Assembly: GCA_944392515.1 (NCBI GenBank)
Contig: CALXWV010000003.1
Coordinates: 1 to 59,260, forward strand
DNA length: 59,260 nucleotides
Direction of reading: 5' to 3'
Origin: an uncultured Clostridia bacterium
Lineage (GTDB): Bacteria; Bacillota; Clostridia; TANB77; CAG-508
This document shows positions 1 through 8,650 of this stretch, piece by piece. The stretch's first letter is position 1, and every line of letters begins with the position of its first letter. Under the pieces are notes generated by a model that was not told the DNA's origin, searched no databases, and saw only the letters and a list, made by a program, of their open reading frames with translations. The translations under genes were made by a program, and so were the position numbers.

Positions 1-558
1 ATTTGTTCTAAAAGAAATAATTATAGCGGATTATGTGATTGCAAACAAATTTCAGCAAATTTGATAGAAGAAGCGGTAAATGAGAAAATCAGGGAAGAAA
101 TGCAAAACATAAATTTTTCAGAAAAAGATATAAAACAAATATATGAACAAGCAGAAAAAGAATCTAAAAGCAAAAATAATTTATTGCAAACAAAGCTAAA
201 AGAATTAAAACAAAAATTAAAAAATATAGAAAATACAATTGAAGAAATTTATCAAGATAAAATAAATAAAGTTATACAAATAGAAGATTTTAAAATGATT
301 TACGAAAAAAAACAAAAAGAAAGAAATAGAATTCTAAAAGAAATAAAAGAGATAGAGAAAGAACTAAAAGAAATGAATCAAAAATCTCCCCAAATTAATT
401 TTAAAGAAATAAAACAAATTGCAAATGAGTTCTTAAAAATGGAAAAGCCAAATAAAATGATATTAGAAAAACTAATTGAACGAATTGAATTTGACAAAGA
501 AAAAAATATAAAAATTAAATTTACTTTTCAAAAATATCCTAATGTTAGGATGAAATGA
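1..558 (+). CDS. large serine recombinase, C-terminal fragment (5' part outside window)
   Basis: Frame 1 is open from base 1 (ICSKRNNYSGLCDCKQ, a Cys-rich zinc-ribbon-like segment). It continues into a long Lys/Glu coiled coil and a LEKLIERIEFDKEKNIKIKF tail, as in C-termini of TndX/SpoIVCA-type recombinases. The catalytic domain is not visible. Confidence 0.6.
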   Translation: MCSKRNNYSGLCDCKQISANLIEEAVNEKIREEMQNINFSEKDIKQIYEQAEKESKSKNNLLQTKLKELKQKLKNIENTIEEIYQDKINKVIQIEDFKMIYEKKQKERNRILKEIKEIEKELKEMNQKSPQINFKEIKQIANEFLKMEKPNKMILEKLIERIEFDKEKNIKIKFTFQKYPNVRMK

Positions 559-600
559 GTACATATAAATAAATGATATAGGCGGTTAATCAATCGCTAA
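1..600 (+). mobile_element. right-hand end of an integrated element carrying a large serine recombinase (leftward extent outside window)
   Basis: The recombinase CDS ends at 558. About 40 nt later a deacetylase reading frame resumes without its N-terminal half (frame opens at 601 after a TAA at 598-600). Confidence 0.4.
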
Positions 601-1020
601 AAATTCGACATTAAGAAAGTAGGAAATCATACAGTTAATCACAAAAGTATGCCAACTTGTTCTAATGATACAATTAAAGAAGAAGTAATGACTATGCATA
701 AGGAGGTATATGAAAAATTTAATTATGAAATGAAATATATGAGACCACCTAAAGGAGAATACAGTGAAGCAAGTATAGCTTATACAAATACTCTTGGATA
801 TACAACTGTTATGTGGTCATTTGCTTATGATGATTGGGAAGAGGATAATCAAGGAAGGGAAGAATATGGAAAAAAGAAAATATATGACAACTTACATAAT
901 GGAGAGATAATGCTTCTTCATGCAACTTCTAAAGATAATGCAAATATATTAGATGAAGTTATAAAAGAAATTAAGAATCAAGGTTATGAATTTAAAAGTT
1001 TAGACGAATTTGTTAGATAG
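601..1020 (+). pseudogene. 5'-truncated NodB-family polysaccharide deacetylase (PdaA-like, delta-lactam type)
   Basis: The translation from 601 reads KFDIKKVGNHTVNHKSM...RPPKGEYS...IMLLHATSKDNANILDEVIKEIKNQGYEFKSLDEF. This matches B. subtilis PdaA from the GNHxxxH motif to the C-terminus. The N-terminal ~130 aa, including the Asp-Asp motif, are absent. Confidence 0.6.
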
Positions 1021-1087
1021 ATAATTTAAATTAAAAAGTTTAATTTGTTAACATAAAATATTAAGCTAAAAATTATTAAGATAGGAA

Positions 1088-1360
1088 GTGAAGGAAAATT
1101 TGGGAAAGTTTGATAAATTATTTGATATTCCAGAAGAATTAACTTCAGATATTGCTAAGGTAACAATACTTGGTTTTAATAGAATGCTTATAGAAAACTA
1201 CAAGGCAATACTTGAATATCAAGATTTTTTTATAAGAATAAAAATGAGTTCGGGACTTATAAACATAAATGGATTTGAATTACTAATGAATGAAATGACA
1301 AAAGATGATTTAATAATAACAGGTAATATTGAAAGTGTTGATTTTGAAAAATATGATTAA
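1088..1360 (+). CDS. yqfC: sporulation protein YqfC (YabP family)
   Basis: 90 aa with a GTG start. It has a YabP/YqfC-like core (ITILGFNRMLIENYKAILEYQD...IITGNIESVDFE) and sits directly upstream of yqfD as in Bacillus and Clostridium. Confidence 0.8.
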   Translation: MKENLGKFDKLFDIPEELTSDIAKVTILGFNRMLIENYKAILEYQDFFIRIKMSSGLININGFELLMNEMTKDDLIITGNIESVDFEKYD

Positions 1361-1444
1361 AACCCAAGAGGGACGTTCCTTATTGGGTTAAAAGATGAAT
1401 TGCTTTTTTATAAAAAACCCAAAAAAGGGCGTCCCTCTTGGGTG
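1361..1444. repeat. two inverted copies of a 29-nt palindromic unit (AACCCAAGAGGGACGTTCCTTATTGGGTT at 1361-1389; AACCCAAAAAAGGGCGTCCCTCTTGGGTG at 1416-1444)
   Basis: Read directly. The second unit is the near reverse complement of the first. A third copy lies at 39884-39912. Confidence 0.7.
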
Positions 1445-1474
1445 CAAAAACTACAAGAAAAGGAGAATAGGCTT

Positions 1475-2653
1475 ATGCTTTTTAAAATATTATTAAACTT
1501 TATATTTGGATATTTAAATGTAACTGTAGAAGGATACTATATAGAAAGATTTATAAATACATGCATGAGCAGAGGTATTTTCTTTTGGAGAATGAAGAGA
1601 ACAAAATCAAGCATAATGAATATGAAAATAGGAGCATCTGAGTTTAAAGAGGCTGTTAAAATTGCAAAAAAACATGGTTGCAGAATTAAGATAAATGGCA
1701 AACATGGGCTACCATTTGTTATGAAAAAATATAAAAAAAGAAAAATTTTTGTTATATTACTTCTCTTAGTTATAATAACAATATATATTTTATCAAAATT
1801 TGTATGGAACATTGAAGTTACAGGAAATAATACAATAGATACAAATGAAATTATTGAGGCTTTAAATAGTGATGGATTAAATATAGGGGAACTTAAGTCT
1901 AAAATAAATACAGAAGAAATAATTAATAAAATAAGATATCAAAGAGATGATATCGCTTGGATAGGTATTGAACTACAAGGTACTAATGCAATTGTAAAGA
2001 TTGTAGAAGCAGATAGCAAACCTGAAATAGTTGATGAAAATGACTACTGTAATATTGTAGCTAGTAAAGATGGAATAGTGCAAAAAATTACTGCACAAAA
2101 TGGAACACTTATGGTAACTGAAGGAACGGAAGTAAAAAAAGGAGATATATTAATTGCAGGATATATGGATGGAAAATATACAGATAGAAATTATGTAAAT
2201 GCAATGGGAGAGGTAAAAGCCTTAGTTACATATACAGAAGCTGAAAAAATATACAAAAAAGAGACGAAAAAAGAACAAACAGGTAATTTAGAAAATAAAT
2301 ATTCAATTAAAATAAATAATTTTAAAATAAATTTCTATAAAACCCTTTCAAAATATGAAAATTATGATACAATGTATACGAGTAAAAAAATAAAACTATT
2401 TTCGAATTTTTATTTACCAATTGAAATAATAAAAACTACTAACTATGAGACTACAAATACAGAAATTACATATAATGAAGAACAGGCAAAAGAAGAAGGT
2501 AAAAAAAGAGCAGAAGAAAAGTTAAATAGCCTTATAGCTGGTGATATATCTAATAAAGAAGTGTCTATAACAGATATGGGAAGATACTATAATGTAGAAG
2601 TTACATATCAAGTTATAGAAGAAATAGGAACTAAAGAGAAAATAGTATTGTGA
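1475..2653 (+). CDS. yqfD: stage IV sporulation protein YqfD
   Basis: YqfD-like N-terminus (MLFKILLNFIFGYLNVTVEGYYIERFIN), a central TM segment and position after yqfC. The ATG at 1475 has an AGGAG site 9 nt upstream. The TTG-1400 extension in the track reads through the palindromic repeat and is probably artefactual. Confidence 0.85.
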   Translation: MLFKILLNFIFGYLNVTVEGYYIERFINTCMSRGIFFWRMKRTKSSIMNMKIGASEFKEAVKIAKKHGCRIKINGKHGLPFVMKKYKKRKIFVILLLLVIITIYILSKFVWNIEVTGNNTIDTNEIIEALNSDGLNIGELKSKINTEEIINKIRYQRDDIAWIGIELQGTNAIVKIVEADSKPEIVDENDYCNIVASKDGIVQKITAQNGTLMVTEGTEVKKGDILIAGYMDGKYTDRNYVNAMGEVKALVTYTEAEKIYKKETKKEQTGNLENKYSIKINNFKINFYKTLSKYENYDTMYTSKKIKLFSNFYLPIEIIKTTNYETTNTEITYNEEQAKEEGKKRAEEKLNSLIAGDISNKEVSITDMGRYYNVEVTYQVIEEIGTKEKIVL

Positions 2654-2666
2654 AAGGTGGGTATGT

Positions 2667-3887
2667 ATGGAAGCAAGAGAAAAAAGTTTAAGAGTTTATG
2701 ATACAAAGAGAACGTTTTTTTCAAAATTAAGTAACACGTTTTCAAAATTATTGACACCTACAAAAACAGGCTTAAATAATTTATTAATTGGAATTAAAAG
2801 AACAGCAGTATTAAAAAGTTATAATCAAAGCATCGAGTGTAAAGATGAAAATAAAAAAGAAGCATTAGAAAGAAAATTCGAAGAAGCATATTCTTTATAC
2901 TTAGATGCTATAGATCAACTAGTTATTGACACTATATATAAAAGAGTTAAAACTGACTCTGCAAGTGACTTCGAAAAAGATGCATTATCTAAATATTATA
3001 ATGTAATTAGATTAAAAGATACTGATGAATTAGAATACAAATTAAGAAAGCAAAAGTATCTATTAGAATTAGATTATAATAATGTTTTAGAGACTAAAAA
3101 ACAAAAGTTGACTCATTCATATGAAGTACTATATATGTATGAGATGGAACAAATTATTAAACGTCTATTAAAACATTATTCTATGAAATTAACTGAAAAA
3201 CTTACAGAAGCACAAAAAGATGAAGTATATGATAAGTTATTTGATACATTAGAAGATTATATAACTAATATACTTCCTTTAAGAAAACTAACTGATGTAG
3301 AGCTTATTAAACAATGCAGTTTATTTGAAACTTATGAAGTTGGAAAACTAGACCAAGTAGATATTTTAGATAAAAGAATGATTCTACTTGGCATTAGTAG
3401 AAAATTATTTGTACATAGTATTCCTCTAGTTACAGCAGAAAAATGCTATGTAAAACTTATGAAAGATGTAAGAAATCTAATAGTAGATACAAAAATACCA
3501 AGAAAAAGAGAAAATGCATATCAACTATTACTTAGATTATTTGAGCAATATAATAATAAATTATTAGCAGTTAAAATCTATTGGGACAAGCCAGAAGAAA
3601 AAAATGTATATCTTAAATTTGCAGAGAAATGTAAAGCACTAGAAGCTCTAAAAGAAAAAGGCTTAAAAGATTATGATATTAAAAAGCAAATCTTATACAT
3701 TAGAGAAGATATGAGAAAACTAGAAAAATATAATGATAAATATTTTAGAATATTGCAATATTATAGAAATAGACTTGTTAATTTAGGAGATATGAGAAAG
3801 GCTAAAAATTCTTGCAAAACAGGAAAATATGAATTAGTAGAGGGAAGAAGAGTTAGAAAGGAAATACAAGATGGAGCAGCTAGCTGA
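2667..3887 (+). CDS. hypothetical helical protein (406 aa), no recognised domain
   Basis: Long ORF with host-like codon usage, tightly packed between yqfD and ybeY and overlapping ybeY by 17 nt. I recognise no motif. Confidence 0.6.
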   Translation: MEAREKSLRVYDTKRTFFSKLSNTFSKLLTPTKTGLNNLLIGIKRTAVLKSYNQSIECKDENKKEALERKFEEAYSLYLDAIDQLVIDTIYKRVKTDSASDFEKDALSKYYNVIRLKDTDELEYKLRKQKYLLELDYNNVLETKKQKLTHSYEVLYMYEMEQIIKRLLKHYSMKLTEKLTEAQKDEVYDKLFDTLEDYITNILPLRKLTDVELIKQCSLFETYEVGKLDQVDILDKRMILLGISRKLFVHSIPLVTAEKCYVKLMKDVRNLIVDTKIPRKRENAYQLLLRLFEQYNNKLLAVKIYWDKPEEKNVYLKFAEKCKALEALKEKGLKDYDIKKQILYIREDMRKLEKYNDKYFRILQYYRNRLVNLGDMRKAKNSCKTGKYELVEGRRVRKEIQDGAAS

Positions 3888-4350
3888 TATTCATTATGAG
3901 AAAATAGAACAAAATAAAGATTATGAGGATTTAATTAACAAAGTAGTTGATGAATGTTTTAAAACTGAAGGGTTAGATAAATTAAAGTTATACATTAGTA
4001 TAACTTTAACTGTCCCTGAGGTTATCAAAGAAGCAAATAAAAAATATAGAAATATAGATAAAGCAACAGATGTGCTTTCTTTTCCTATGTTTGAAAAAGA
4101 AGAAATAGAAACATTAATAAAAAATAATTATGATGTAGAAGATGTTTTAGGAGACCTAATAATCTCTATACCTAAAGTTAAAGAGCAAGCAATAGAATAT
4201 GGTCATAGTTTTGAAAGAGAACTTGCATATATGGTTGTTCACGGCTTTTATCATCTAATGGGTTATGATCATATGGAAGAAAATGATAAAAAAGAAATGA
4301 GACAAAAAGAAGATGGAGTGCTAAATAAATTAGGTATTACTCGTGATTAA
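3871..4350 (+). CDS. ybeY: rRNA maturation endoribonuclease YbeY
   Basis: HGFYHLMGYDH zinc-binding motif, ~160 aa, conserved position upstream of dgkA and era. Confidence 0.9.
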   Translation: MEQLADIHYEKIEQNKDYEDLINKVVDECFKTEGLDKLKLYISITLTVPEVIKEANKKYRNIDKATDVLSFPMFEKEEIETLIKNNYDVEDVLGDLIISIPKVKEQAIEYGHSFERELAYMVVHGFYHLMGYDHMEENDKKEMRQKEDGVLNKLGITRD

Positions 4351-4440
4351 AAATTTCTTTGAATAAAAAATGGATAATAATAAAAATAAATATGGAGCAT
4401 TTAATTAAAATAAAAGTACATTGCAAGGGGAGAATAATGT

Positions 4441-5181
4441 ATGAAGAAAAAAGATGAAAGGCTGTATAATCATAATTTTATAGAAGCTTGTAATAATGCA
4501 GTAAATGGAATAGTATATTCAGCAACAACGCAAAGTAATATAAAAAAACAGCTCGTAATTGGTGTAATAGTAATGATACTAAGCCTATTTTACAATTTTA
4601 CAACTGCTGAATTTCTATGCTTAACTTTTGCAGTATTTTTTGTAATATTTGCTGAGATGATTAATACTGCAATAGAGACTGTTGTGGATTTATATGTGGA
4701 TGTATATCATCCAAAAGCTAAAATAGCGAAAGATGTAGCAGCAGGAGCAGTAGTATTAGCTGCTTGTAATGATATTGTAGTTGCATATTTTTTATTTTTC
4801 AGAGAGACTGAACTTGCACATTTAGGAAAAAGTGTATTTAGCCAAATGATTGCATCTCCAACACATTTAGCTTTTGTTGGAATAATCCTGACAGTTATTG
4901 GAATAATTGCAGTAAAGGCAGCATCAACTTATAGAAATCAAAAAAATCCGAAACATACATTTATACCAAGTGGACAAACAGCTTTAGCATTTGCAATATT
5001 AACTGCAATATGGCTTAATACTCAAGATCCAGTTATCTTTTGCTTAAGCTTAGCATTATCTATTTTAGTTGCTGGTAATAGATTAAATGACACACGTCAC
5101 TTTGGAGAAGTAGTATTTGGAGCATTTATGGGACCATTAATTGTAATACTAGTATATGGACTAACTATTTTTAGAATTTAA
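4441..5181 (+). CDS. dgkA: diacylglycerol/undecaprenol kinase (DgkA) fused to a degenerate PAP2-like membrane domain
   Basis: The N-terminal ~115 aa are DgkA-like (AVNGIVY...EMINTAIETVVD...AKDVAAGAVVLA). The C-terminal half has extra TM helices with a PSGQ motif (compare PAP2 PSGH) and NRLNDTRHFGEVVFG (compare SRxxxxxHxxxD). Confidence 0.65.
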   Translation: MKKKDERLYNHNFIEACNNAVNGIVYSATTQSNIKKQLVIGVIVMILSLFYNFTTAEFLCLTFAVFFVIFAEMINTAIETVVDLYVDVYHPKAKIAKDVAAGAVVLAACNDIVVAYFLFFRETELAHLGKSVFSQMIASPTHLAFVGIILTVIGIIAVKAASTYRNQKNPKHTFIPSGQTALAFAILTAIWLNTQDPVIFCLSLALSILVAGNRLNDTRHFGEVVFGAFMGPLIVILVYGLTIFRI

Positions 5182-5276
5182 ATATGAGTATTAATAATAT
5201 GCAATTCTAATAAGAATATAAATAAGAAAGGAGAGTATGAAAATTTAAATTTTTAAATAATTCATACAACTAACTT

Positions 5277-6332
5277 ATGAAAAAAGCAGTAGTTATAATT
5301 GTAGTAATTTTATGTATCATAGCAATAGGAGTTTGTTCTGCAATATTATATTCTAAATCACAACAAGACAATTCTCAATTCTTAGGAACAGATGTAATAA
5401 ATTCAGAGAAAAATGAAACCGGTACAATAGTAGCAGAAATGCCAGGAGTACAGATTTTTAAAGGTAGCGATAGACCAATTGCTGTTATGATAGATAATAA
5501 TATAGATGCTCAGCCTCAAGCAGGATTAAATGATGCATATATGGTTTATGAAATTATTGTAGAAGGTGGAGAATCTAGACTTATGGCTTTATTTAAAGGT
5601 GTAAGTTTAGATAAAATAGGACCTGTAAGAAGTTCAAGGCATTATTTTTTAGATTATGCCTTAGAAAATGATGCAATATATGTTCATTATGGGTGGAGTC
5701 CACAAGCACAGTCAGATATATCTACTCTAGGAGTTAATAACATAAATGGTATATCTGAAACTACAAAAGAATTTTGGAGAGTAAAAGATAAAAAATCTCC
5801 ACATAATGTTGCAACATCAACTGAAAAAATATTAGAAATAGCTAATAGAAAAGGATATAGAACAACTTCATCTAAAGATTCAGTTTTAAATTATGTAACT
5901 GATGAAGTAAATTTAGATAAAGGACAAATTGCAGAAGATATTACAATACCATATTCACAATCAAATACTGTTGAATGGAAATACAATAGTGAAACAAAGC
6001 GTTACACAAGATATTCAAAAGGAAAGAAACAAACAGATTGGACAACAGGTGAAGATGTTACAGCTAAGAATATAATAGTAGAATTTATAGCTAATTCAAC
6101 ATTAAACGATGGTGAAAATAAAGGGAGACAAACCATGAATACTGTTGGAACTAAAGACGGATATTATATTACAAACGGAAAAGCTATAAAGATAACTTGT
6201 GAAAAAGTAACAAGAAGTTCACAAACTGTGTATAAAGATGAGAATGGCAATGAAATAGATGTTAATGATGGAAATACATTTGTACAAATTTGTCCAATTA
6301 ATGCAAATGTAAAGATAGAAGGAGCAAAATGA
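5277..6332 (+). CDS. DUF3048 (YerB-like) membrane-anchored protein
   Basis: N-terminal signal anchor followed by PIAVMIDNNIDAQPQAGLNDAYMVYEIIVEGGESRLMALF and RSSRHYFLDYA, typical of DUF3048. Confidence 0.7.
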   Translation: MKKAVVIIVVILCIIAIGVCSAILYSKSQQDNSQFLGTDVINSEKNETGTIVAEMPGVQIFKGSDRPIAVMIDNNIDAQPQAGLNDAYMVYEIIVEGGESRLMALFKGVSLDKIGPVRSSRHYFLDYALENDAIYVHYGWSPQAQSDISTLGVNNINGISETTKEFWRVKDKKSPHNVATSTEKILEIANRKGYRTTSSKDSVLNYVTDEVNLDKGQIAEDITIPYSQSNTVEWKYNSETKRYTRYSKGKKQTDWTTGEDVTAKNIIVEFIANSTLNDGENKGRQTMNTVGTKDGYYITNGKAIKITCEKVTRSSQTVYKDENGNEIDVNDGNTFVQICPINANVKIEGAK

Positions 6333-7282
6333 AAAAATTTAAATCTGGTTTTGTAGCAGTAATAGGTAAAACTAATGTTGGTAAATCAAGTATTATAAAT
6401 AGATTAGTTGGAGAAAAAGTATCTGCTATAGCAAATAAACCACAAACAACTAGAACAAGAATAAAAGGAATAGTAAATAGACCTAATTCACAAATAATAT
6501 TTTTAGATACACCAGGACTTCATAAATCAAAATCAAAACTTGGAAATGTTATGGTGGAAAATGCAATTGCTTCAATACCAGAAGCTGACATAGTACTATA
6601 TGTTATTGATGCTAGTGAATATAAGCATATAAATAATAAAAATGAAGATAATATTAATGAAGAAAATAAATTCTTAAAAAGTGTAGATAATAAAATAATA
6701 GAAAAAATAAAAGAAGCAAATAAAAAAACTATTTTAATAATAAACAAAATAGATTTAATAGACAAAGAACAATTAGCAAATATTATTAATAATTTCAAAG
6801 ATTTATATGATTTTAAAGCAATAATACCAGTATCAATTGAAAAAAATAAAAATGTAGAAGATATATTAGATGAAATAGAAAGAAACTTAAATGAAGGTCC
6901 TGCATATTATGATACTGAGGAATATACAGACCAAACTTTAAGACAGATTGCAGAAGAGACAATAAGAGAAAAAGCATTAAAACTATTGCAAGATGAAGTG
7001 CCACATGGAATATTAGTAGAAGTAAATAAAATGAAAAGCAGAAAGACAAAAGATTTGGAAAAAATTTACGACGTCGAAGCTACAATTTTTTGTTTAAGAG
7101 AATCACATAAGGGTATAATAATAGGAAAAGGTGGTTCAATGCTTAAAAGAATTGGTACATATGCTCGTGAAGACTTAGAAAAAATGCTTGATACCAAAGT
7201 TAATCTAAAACTTTGGGTAAAAGTAAAGAAAGACTGGATTAATGATATGAGCATAGTAAAGAAATTTAAGGCTGAAGATTAG
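6329..7282 (+). CDS. era: GTPase Era
   Basis: G1 GKTNVGKSS, DTPG, NKID and a C-terminal KH domain (IIGKGGSMLKRIG). Its start overlaps the upstream stop (ATGA). Confidence 0.95.
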   Translation: MKKFKSGFVAVIGKTNVGKSSIINRLVGEKVSAIANKPQTTRTRIKGIVNRPNSQIIFLDTPGLHKSKSKLGNVMVENAIASIPEADIVLYVIDASEYKHINNKNEDNINEENKFLKSVDNKIIEKIKEANKKTILIINKIDLIDKEQLANIINNFKDLYDFKAIIPVSIEKNKNVEDILDEIERNLNEGPAYYDTEEYTDQTLRQIAEETIREKALKLLQDEVPHGILVEVNKMKSRKTKDLEKIYDVEATIFCLRESHKGIIIGKGGSMLKRIGTYAREDLEKMLDTKVNLKLWVKVKKDWINDMSIVKKFKAED

Positions 7283-7381
7283 AACTAAAAAACTGCAATG
7301 TAGAATAATATTACAAAATTAATGAAATGACGAAGACTTAAAAATACAAAGAGCTTAGCCGAACCAGAAAGGACTTTAATT

Positions 7382-7567
7382 ATGTTAAAACAAATTGCTT
7401 GGAATACATTTAAATCTACTGGAAATATTGATACTTTATTAGAGCTTCTAAAAGTTGATGAAACTATTAATGAAGTAAGCAAAAGAGACGGATTAAATCC
7501 AATAAATAGAGAAGTTATTCAAAAAATAAATTCAAATAATGACTTAGATAAAAATATTAAATTATAA
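7382..7567 (+). CDS. yqzL: YqzL family protein
   Basis: The AWNTFKSTGNIDTLLELLKV N-terminus resembles B. subtilis YqzL. The position between era and recO is the same. Confidence 0.65.
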   Translation: MLKQIAWNTFKSTGNIDTLLELLKVDETINEVSKRDGLNPINREVIQKINSNNDLDKNIKL

Positions 7568-7652
7568 ATAAATTTAATATAATTGATAAAAAAGACATAA
7601 AAACTACATGTAATTATTTAAGATAAAATAAAGCAAAAAGAAAGAGCAAAAA

Positions 7653-8366
7653 ATGGGACTTATCAAGACAAAAGGACTAATATTAGCCCAGAATAATATG
7701 GGAGATTATGATAAAATGTGCACCCTACTTACTCCAGATTTAGGAAAGATAGGGTGCAGTGCCAAGGGCGCAAGGAGAGCAAAGAGTACACTTATGGCAG
7801 GTACTCAATTTTTGTGCTTTGGAGACTTTTTAATATATAAAGGAGCAAGTTCCTATCATATAAATTCCTGTGAACCAATTGAAATATTTTATAACTTAAG
7901 ACTAGATATAGACAAGCTAACCTATGCTTCAAGAGTTTGCAAAATAGTAAATGATGTAACAGATGAAAATCAAAATACATATAGAATTCTGCAACTTACA
8001 TTAAATACAGTATATATGATATCAGAATCAGACAAAGACTTAGATTTTATATATTCAATATTTAAAATTAGACTTCTTAGTTTAATCGGATTTAGACCAA
8101 TAATAGATAGATGTGCTTCTTGTAATACTAAAGAAAAAATAAGATATTTTAGTTTTAAGGATAGTGGGTTTAAATGTGAGGATTGTGGCAGACTAGATAA
8201 AGGAGCAGTACAAGTAAGTGATACAACAATAAAAGCAATAAGATATATAATTTTGTCAGATGCAAAAAAAATATATTCATTTGATTTATCTGATGATAAT
8301 AAAAAAGAATTAAAATTAGTAAGCAAAATTTATCTAAATGAATGTTTAGATAAGGAGTATGAGTAG
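7653..8366 (+). CDS. recO: DNA repair protein RecO
   Basis: N-terminal OB-fold region (TKGLILAQNNMGDYDKMCTLLT), a Cys4 zinc motif (CASC...CEDC) and position after era. Confidence 0.9.
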   Translation: MGLIKTKGLILAQNNMGDYDKMCTLLTPDLGKIGCSAKGARRAKSTLMAGTQFLCFGDFLIYKGASSYHINSCEPIEIFYNLRLDIDKLTYASRVCKIVNDVTDENQNTYRILQLTLNTVYMISESDKDLDFIYSIFKIRLLSLIGFRPIIDRCASCNTKEKIRYFSFKDSGFKCEDCGRLDKGAVQVSDTTIKAIRYIILSDAKKIYSFDLSDDNKKELKLVSKIYLNECLDKEYE

Positions 8367-8398
8367 ACTTTTTTATTTATTTGTTGTATACTAAAAAT

Positions 8399-8521
8399 GA
8401 AAGTTTCTGAGGACGGAACTGGTAGCCGTAGCCCATCAATGATGTAGGAGATGTGGGAGTACCAACCCACCTAAACTTTCTTGACAATGGTAGAACTAAA
8501 TAATAGTTCTACCAATTTTTT
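8399..8521 (+). ncRNA. candidate stand-alone structured small RNA (~120 nt), family unknown
   Basis: Extended -10 promoter TGTATACT at 8385-8392. Closing stem GAAAGTTT (8399-8406) / AAACTTTC (8473-8480). Internal GTGGG/CCCAC and TGGTA/TACCA pairings. Intrinsic terminator GGTAGAACTA-AATAA-TAGTTCTACC (8489-8513) followed by a T-run. Confidence 0.4.
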
Positions 8522-8650
8522 ATTTGCTATTTATTGAAAAATATGGACAAATGAGGTAAAATATATACAATAAAAATAAAACAGTAGCAAGAGAAGGCGC
8601 TACTGTTATAATAATTATAAAAGGAGAAGTATATAGAGAGGAATATTTAA

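Noticed and set aside
1-1020. Calling the recombinase element a developmentally excised skin-like element
   Set aside because: Only one junction is visible. PdaA is forespore-expressed in B. subtilis, which does not fit mother-cell-specific excision. Simple insertional disruption cannot be excluded.
1400-1474. TTG-initiated N-terminal extension of yqfD in the ORF track
   Set aside because: The extension is encoded by the palindromic repeat pair and has no RBS. The ATG at 1475 has AGGAG 9 nt upstream and starts the conserved YqfD N-terminus.
5220-5276. Mini-ORF MKI-stop behind AAAGGAGAG just upstream of the DUF3048 gene
   Set aside because: It is three codons long with no supporting context. 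It may be a leader peptide, but this cannot be supported from sequence alone.
8399-8521. Known riboswitch or housekeeping RNA identity for the recO-recJ RNA
   Set aside because: I compared it by eye with the consensus cores I remember for c-di-GMP-I, preQ1, ZTP, guanidine, fluoride, glycine, SRP and 6S RNAs and found no match. It is therefore reported only as an unclassified candidate.
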